Source of the DNA: Octopus sinensis
Taxonomy: Eukaryota
DNA length: 10,510 nucleotides
Direction of reading: 5' to 3'
NCBI RefSeq assembly: GCF_006345805.1
Contig: NW_021827397.1
Span: 1-10,510 of the forward strand
Shown here: positions 6,557 to 10,510 of the stretch, one piece after another
How the letters are laid out: every line of letters starts with the position of its first letter
Position numbering within the stretch: the first letter of the stretch is position 1
Notes under the pieces: generated by a model
Database searches by the model: none
Told to the model about the DNA's origin: nothing
What the model saw: the letters and a program-made list of their open reading frames with translations, nothing else
Translations under genes and position numbers: made by a program

Positions 6557-6819
6557 TTCTGTTGTGTATGGGGAAAGACATTTTCTTTTTGTGCCTTATA
6601 ATATAACACACTCACCGGTAAAATTTCCACTTATTTCTTATTTTTATTTTCCTAAAATTTTCGTTATTTACGGACAGAGTCAAGACTGTTGAAAATGTTG
6701 CCAGACGCAACGAAAATTTTAGGAAAATAAAAATAAGAAAATAAGTGGAAATTTTACCGGTGAGTGTGTTACATTAATAAGGCACAAAAAGAAAATGACT
6801 CTCGCCGGACACAACAGAA
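6557..6819. repeat. Long inverted repeat (109/111-bp arms, 43-bp spacer), probable Penelope-like tail-to-tail structure
   Basis: 6557-6665 is the reverse complement of 6709-6819 with 6 mismatches and 2 single-base indels by hand count. Confidence 0.9.
6686..6722 (+). ncRNA. Type I minimal hammerhead-like motif with U3-A8 variant core
   Basis: Stem I remnant CUG/UAG (3 bp), core UUGAAAA (6689-6695) plus an extra U, 5-bp stem II GUUGC/GCAAC, GAAA (6712-6715), palindromic AAUU stem III, H17=U. Confidence 0.45.
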
Positions 6820-7079
6820 TATGCTTCAACACACGAACTCAAATAAAGAATCTTGTAAACCAAATGCCAAAACGAAATAGTGTTCCTTTCATTTTGCTGA
6901 TAATCGGTTACGATCACATTTAGAAATTTTGTAAAGAAGACAACCCAGACATACCGATCTTGACTTACGAGAGAGTCACATTCAGGCTTCATTTAGCAAT
7001 ATTTTATTTCTTCTCATTCAAGAGGTTTGTGGTAATATGCGAATATGTGATTGTACGGTAGTGTGTTTCAGTTTTTATA

Positions 7080-7130
7080 AATGTATATATGAATATATGT
7101 GAGTGTGTGTCTGTATGTGTATCTCTCTCT

Positions 7131-7169
<39 letters not shown>

Positions 7170-7364
7170 TATACGCATGTGCGTATGTATGTATGTACAT
7201 ATGTATGTATCAGTGTATGGTCTATGTGTGCATGCATGTATGTATGTAAGTACGTATGTTACGTATGCATGTATATATCTGTATATGTATGTACATGAGC
7301 ATGTATGTATGTATGTATGTATGTATGTATGTATCTATCTATCTATCTATCTATTAATCTATAT

Positions 7365-7405
<41 letters not shown>

Positions 7406-7460
7406 TGCAGGTATGCCCGTATCTGTGTATATATTGTGTATGTATGTATGGGTATATGTA
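7080..7460. repeat. Compound microsatellite (TA, TATG, TCTA, TG)
   Basis: Read directly. Confidence 0.9.
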
Positions 7461-7539
7461 GATTTCAAGGAAGGGTTTCATGTTGACTAAGAAATTCCAT
7501 TTAAATACTCAGACATATCTTTTATACACAGAATCACAA

Positions 7540-7699
7540 ATACATATATAAATAATATATGCCTGTGTGGCATGTGCATTTTGTGTGTATGCATATATAT
7601 ATATATATAAGCACACCACACACAGATATATATGTAGGTATGTTACATACACACACACACATATATAGATACATGTATATATATATATATATATATAAT

Positions 7700-7757
<58 letters not shown>

Positions 7758-7762
7758 TAATA
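7540..7762. repeat. Compound (TA)n/(CA)n microsatellite
   Basis: Read directly. Confidence 0.9.
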
Positions 7763-7939
7763 GGTGTTTAGTGGTGGTGTACGCTCGTGGTATGTATGTC
7801 ATTAAATAAAACTAGCGTTTTCACTTCTTGTAAAGAAACTTGTTCTGATAAGATGTTTTAGCAAAATATTTGTAAAGAGAAAAAAATTATCTAACTTTGT
7901 TTACTTTTCTATACCATTACATTTACCTCTCACCCCCCC

Positions 7940-8233
7940 AACACACACAACCACACATACACACATACCTACGTATGCTTGTACATATAGGCATATATGT
8001 ATATGCATGTATACATGTTCGCGTATAAATATATATATATATGTATATATATAGATATGTATTTATATTTATATTTACATATATAAACAGATATAATTAT
8101 AAATTCAAATATATGTACATATATGTACCTATATATGCACAAGTATATATAATAACATATACATATATACATATACATATATATAATATGTATATATAGA
8201 TATATATATATATACATATATGAATTATATATA

Positions 8234-8272
<39 letters not shown>

Positions 8273-8460
8273 ATATATATATATAAACATATATATATAT
8301 ACATATATATGTATATATATATATACCATATATATATATGTATATATATATGTATATATATATATACATATGTGTCTTTGTTTGTTTTTGGTGTTTGTGT
8401 TTGTGTATGTATGTATGTATGCATGTGTGTATCTGTGTATGTATGTACGTATCTTGTGTA
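7940..8460. repeat. ~500-bp degenerate TA/CA/TG microsatellite block
   Basis: Read directly; this is the source of the Y/I-rich ORFs at 7969-8424 and 8264-8533. Confidence 0.9.
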
Positions 8461-8900
8461 TAATGTTATTTCAATCTCGATTTTTCTATTAACTTTCCTT
8501 TGTAAAGTTTATCCAACAGAATTGGGTTTTTAATCATTTTTAACTTAAGTCTGTTTATGCTGCAAAATATTCTCTCTCTTCTTTTTTTTTTGTTTCTATT
8601 TTTTGTTTTGTTATTTTTCTTCAAAATCAAATGTAGTATTTATAAGTATTTAGCTAAATACGTTCAGTTTACTACATGTTTTTCTTACGTTTTGTGAAGT
8701 AATTTTCTTCCACAAGTAAACTTGCATGTTTACAGTGAAATCCGGTTAAAAAGTAGTCGCATCCTCATCGAATGAAAGCTATCTCTGCTAGTGGTTATAT
8801 TTAGCCCTAAGGTAGCTTTGGTTCAGCGAATTTAATGAAATTCACTCCAAGCGTATCACTTTTGTCTTCTCTTCGATACTGCAACATATATATATATATA

Positions 8901-9120
8901 TATATGAAAGAATGGAGTTCAACGACGAATTAACAAAATGCAGTCATCTAAAAGTTTATTGTGCATCTTGATGTTGACATAAGTTCCTTGCTTTTCCTGA
9001 TGAGAAAGCGGCATAATATACTCCTTATTCCTTCGCAATTAGGAATATGCAGTCTTCGAAACATATGTCGAAAATAAAGGAATTTTGTTAATTCGTCGTT
9101 CCACTCCATCCTTTCATATA
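8901..9120 (+). mobile_element. Short Penelope-like pLTR fragment with inverted terminal duplication, inserted in TA repeats
   Basis: 8901-8938 is the reverse complement of 9083-9120 (35/38). It encloses a hammerhead followed by AATAAA at 9073-9078. Confidence 0.65.
8981..9085 (+). ncRNA. Type I hammerhead ribozyme (canonical core)
   Basis: CUGAUGA at 8997-9003. Stem II is closed by G9004-C9057 with an extended imperfect hairpin. GAAA at 9058-9061, palindromic stem III ACAUAUGU at 9061-9068, GUC with predicted cleavage after C9069. Stem I pairs 8981-8996 with 9070-9085 with one 2x2 internal loop. Confidence 0.85.
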
Positions 9121-9252
9121 TTTATATTTAAAAAAAAACATACAAATTTCCACACGAAAGCACGTAACTTCAAACGTGTCTTCTCTGATGTGAATTTGCT
9201 ACCCAGGTATTGGTTAACCGAATTATCCATAACAAGATAATTCATTCAACTA

Positions 9253-9255
<3 letters not shown>

Positions 9256-9292
<37 letters not shown>
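9256..9292. repeat. (AT)n microsatellite
   Basis: Read directly. Confidence 0.95.
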
Positions 9293-9293
<1 letters not shown>

Positions 9294-9681
9294 CTCTTTA
9301 TCTTTACTTGTTTCAGTCATTTGACTGCGGCCATGCTGGAGCACCGCCTTTAGTCGAACATATCGACCCCAGGACTTATTTTATTGTATGCCTAGTACAT
9401 ATTCTATCGAACCCTTTTTGCCGAACCTCTAAGTTACGGGGACGTAGACACACCAGCATCGGTTGTCAAACACAGACACACAAACATATACACATAATAT
9501 ATATATATATATATATACGACGGGCTTCTTTCAGTTTTCGTCTACCAAATCCGCTCACAAGGCTTTGGTCGACCCGAGGCTATAGTAGAAGGCACTTGCC
9601 CAAGGTGCCACGCAGTGGGATTGAAACCGGAACCATGTGGTTGATAAGAAAGCTACTTACCACACAGCCACTCCTGTGCCT
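9294..9681 (-). mobile_element. Composite SINE: family 2 tRNA head/body (9681-9517), internal TA/TG microsatellite, second module with RTE-type tail (9470-9294)
   Basis: Head AGGCACAGGAGTGGCTGTGTGGTAAGTAGC, CORE-like GGCACCTTGGGCAAGTG, and 3' end CGACTAAAGGCGGTGCTCCAGCATGGCCGCAGTCAAATGACTGAAACAAGTAAAG followed by a short AAAG-type repeat. The RTE-type label is from recalled similarity. Confidence 0.8.
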
Positions 9682-9706
9682 ATTTATATATATATACGTT
9701 CGAAAT

Positions 9707-10207
9707 TTAACCCATTGTCTGCCATGAACCCCATTTGGGGATCTGCTAAAGACAGATTTACTGCCGGTGGTTCGTTGTATTTAAAGTGAACTACTTATTT
9801 ACATTGCATTTGCCGAGGTGTTTTAACAATATTTACTAGTTAAAGTTTGTCATTATTATCCCTGGCTAATTCTAGAAGACATTTTATGTCATAAATCACA
9901 ATTTTTTAACCACAAAATATTGGCTGTTTTGAATTTCTTTTTTTTTTTTTTTGCATTTCCCATCTATTTCATTCATTGATATTTCATACTCATTCGCAGT
10001 TGATACTATAGTTTCAAAAAAACTAAAATGTTTATTATTGCAACTGAATATTAAAGGATAAATATGTCTTTTTTTCTGCTATACGCTTTTGGGACTTTTC
10101 GAAACATTTATCATAATTTCCAAAATAATTCACATATGAAGAAAATTTCTAAGAACCTGACAAAACCAAAAAATATGAATAAAAGAATTTGGTAGTTAAT
10201 GGGTGAC
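9707..10207. mobile_element. Possible degenerate piggyBac-type MITE
   Basis: Left end TTAA-CCCATTGTCTGCCA. The candidate right end TGGTAGTTAATGGG (10190-10203) matches the expected TIR at 11/14, followed by TGAC instead of TTAA. AT-rich interior. Confidence 0.3.
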
Positions 10208-10510
10208 TCAGAATAATAAAGATATTTTGACATATATATTATGTATATGTATGTACACACAAACACATACACACTCGCACACATCAATTCATATTTATAA
10301 ATACAATCTATTAATGGCACAATGATCATTTGTAAGATATTCCAAAAATCTCCATGAGATTCTTATGATAATAGATGCATATCCTTGGATGCATATATCG
10401 GCATTTCAACAAACACCACAACTCAACCACATATTTAGAAACACCGGTAACTTCCTTAACTCAAAAAATCTCATCACTTTGTTAGCGACTGGTTTGAACT
10501 CCCTCGGGCA

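Noticed and set aside
427-8533. ORFs rich in Y/I/H/T/C/V/M (e.g. 427-642, 524-808, 1468-1674, 2104-2379, 7099-7461, 7969-8424, 8264-8533)
   Set aside because: Translations of TA, CA, TG and TATG microsatellites, which lack stop codons in some frames. No domain content.
8790-8865. Faint resemblance to another octopus SINE tail (GTTATATTTAGCCC...)
   Set aside because: The similarity is from memory only and too diverged, with no second copy in the window to support it.
9308-9727. 139-aa plus-strand ORF
   Set aside because: It is the antisense reading of the composite SINE and its microsatellite.
10480-10510. B-box-like GAGTTCAAACC on the minus strand at the window edge
   Set aside because: Truncated by the window end, so it cannot be told apart from a SINE head, a tRNA or a chance match.

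Overview
AT-rich, microsatellite-dense, non-coding eukaryotic DNA (intron or intergenic). The SINE families resemble those I recall from octopus/coleoid cephalopod genomes; this assignment is from memory, not from a search. No credible protein-coding region: the listed ORFs are microsatellite read-throughs or chance frames in repeats. About a dozen tRNA-derived SINE copies or fragments are present, including a same-strand cluster of six monomers joined by repeated linkers (2528-3893). There is also a ~730 bp non-autonomous LTR element (TRIM-like) with a tRNA-Ser(GCU)-type PBS remnant and a PPT (5505-6237), and a possible degenerate piggyBac-type MITE. The most notable signal is a set of Penelope-like terminal fragments carrying type I hammerhead ribozyme architectures. 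One is canonical (C3-G8 core, GUC site, 8981-9085). Two have compensatory swaps of the core 3-8 pair: G3-C8 at 2017-2067 (minus) and U3-A8 at 6686-6722. A fourth remnant is degenerate. Two of these sit inside inverted duplications of their own 3' tails. A tight CRE/ATF motif cluster lies at 114-167.
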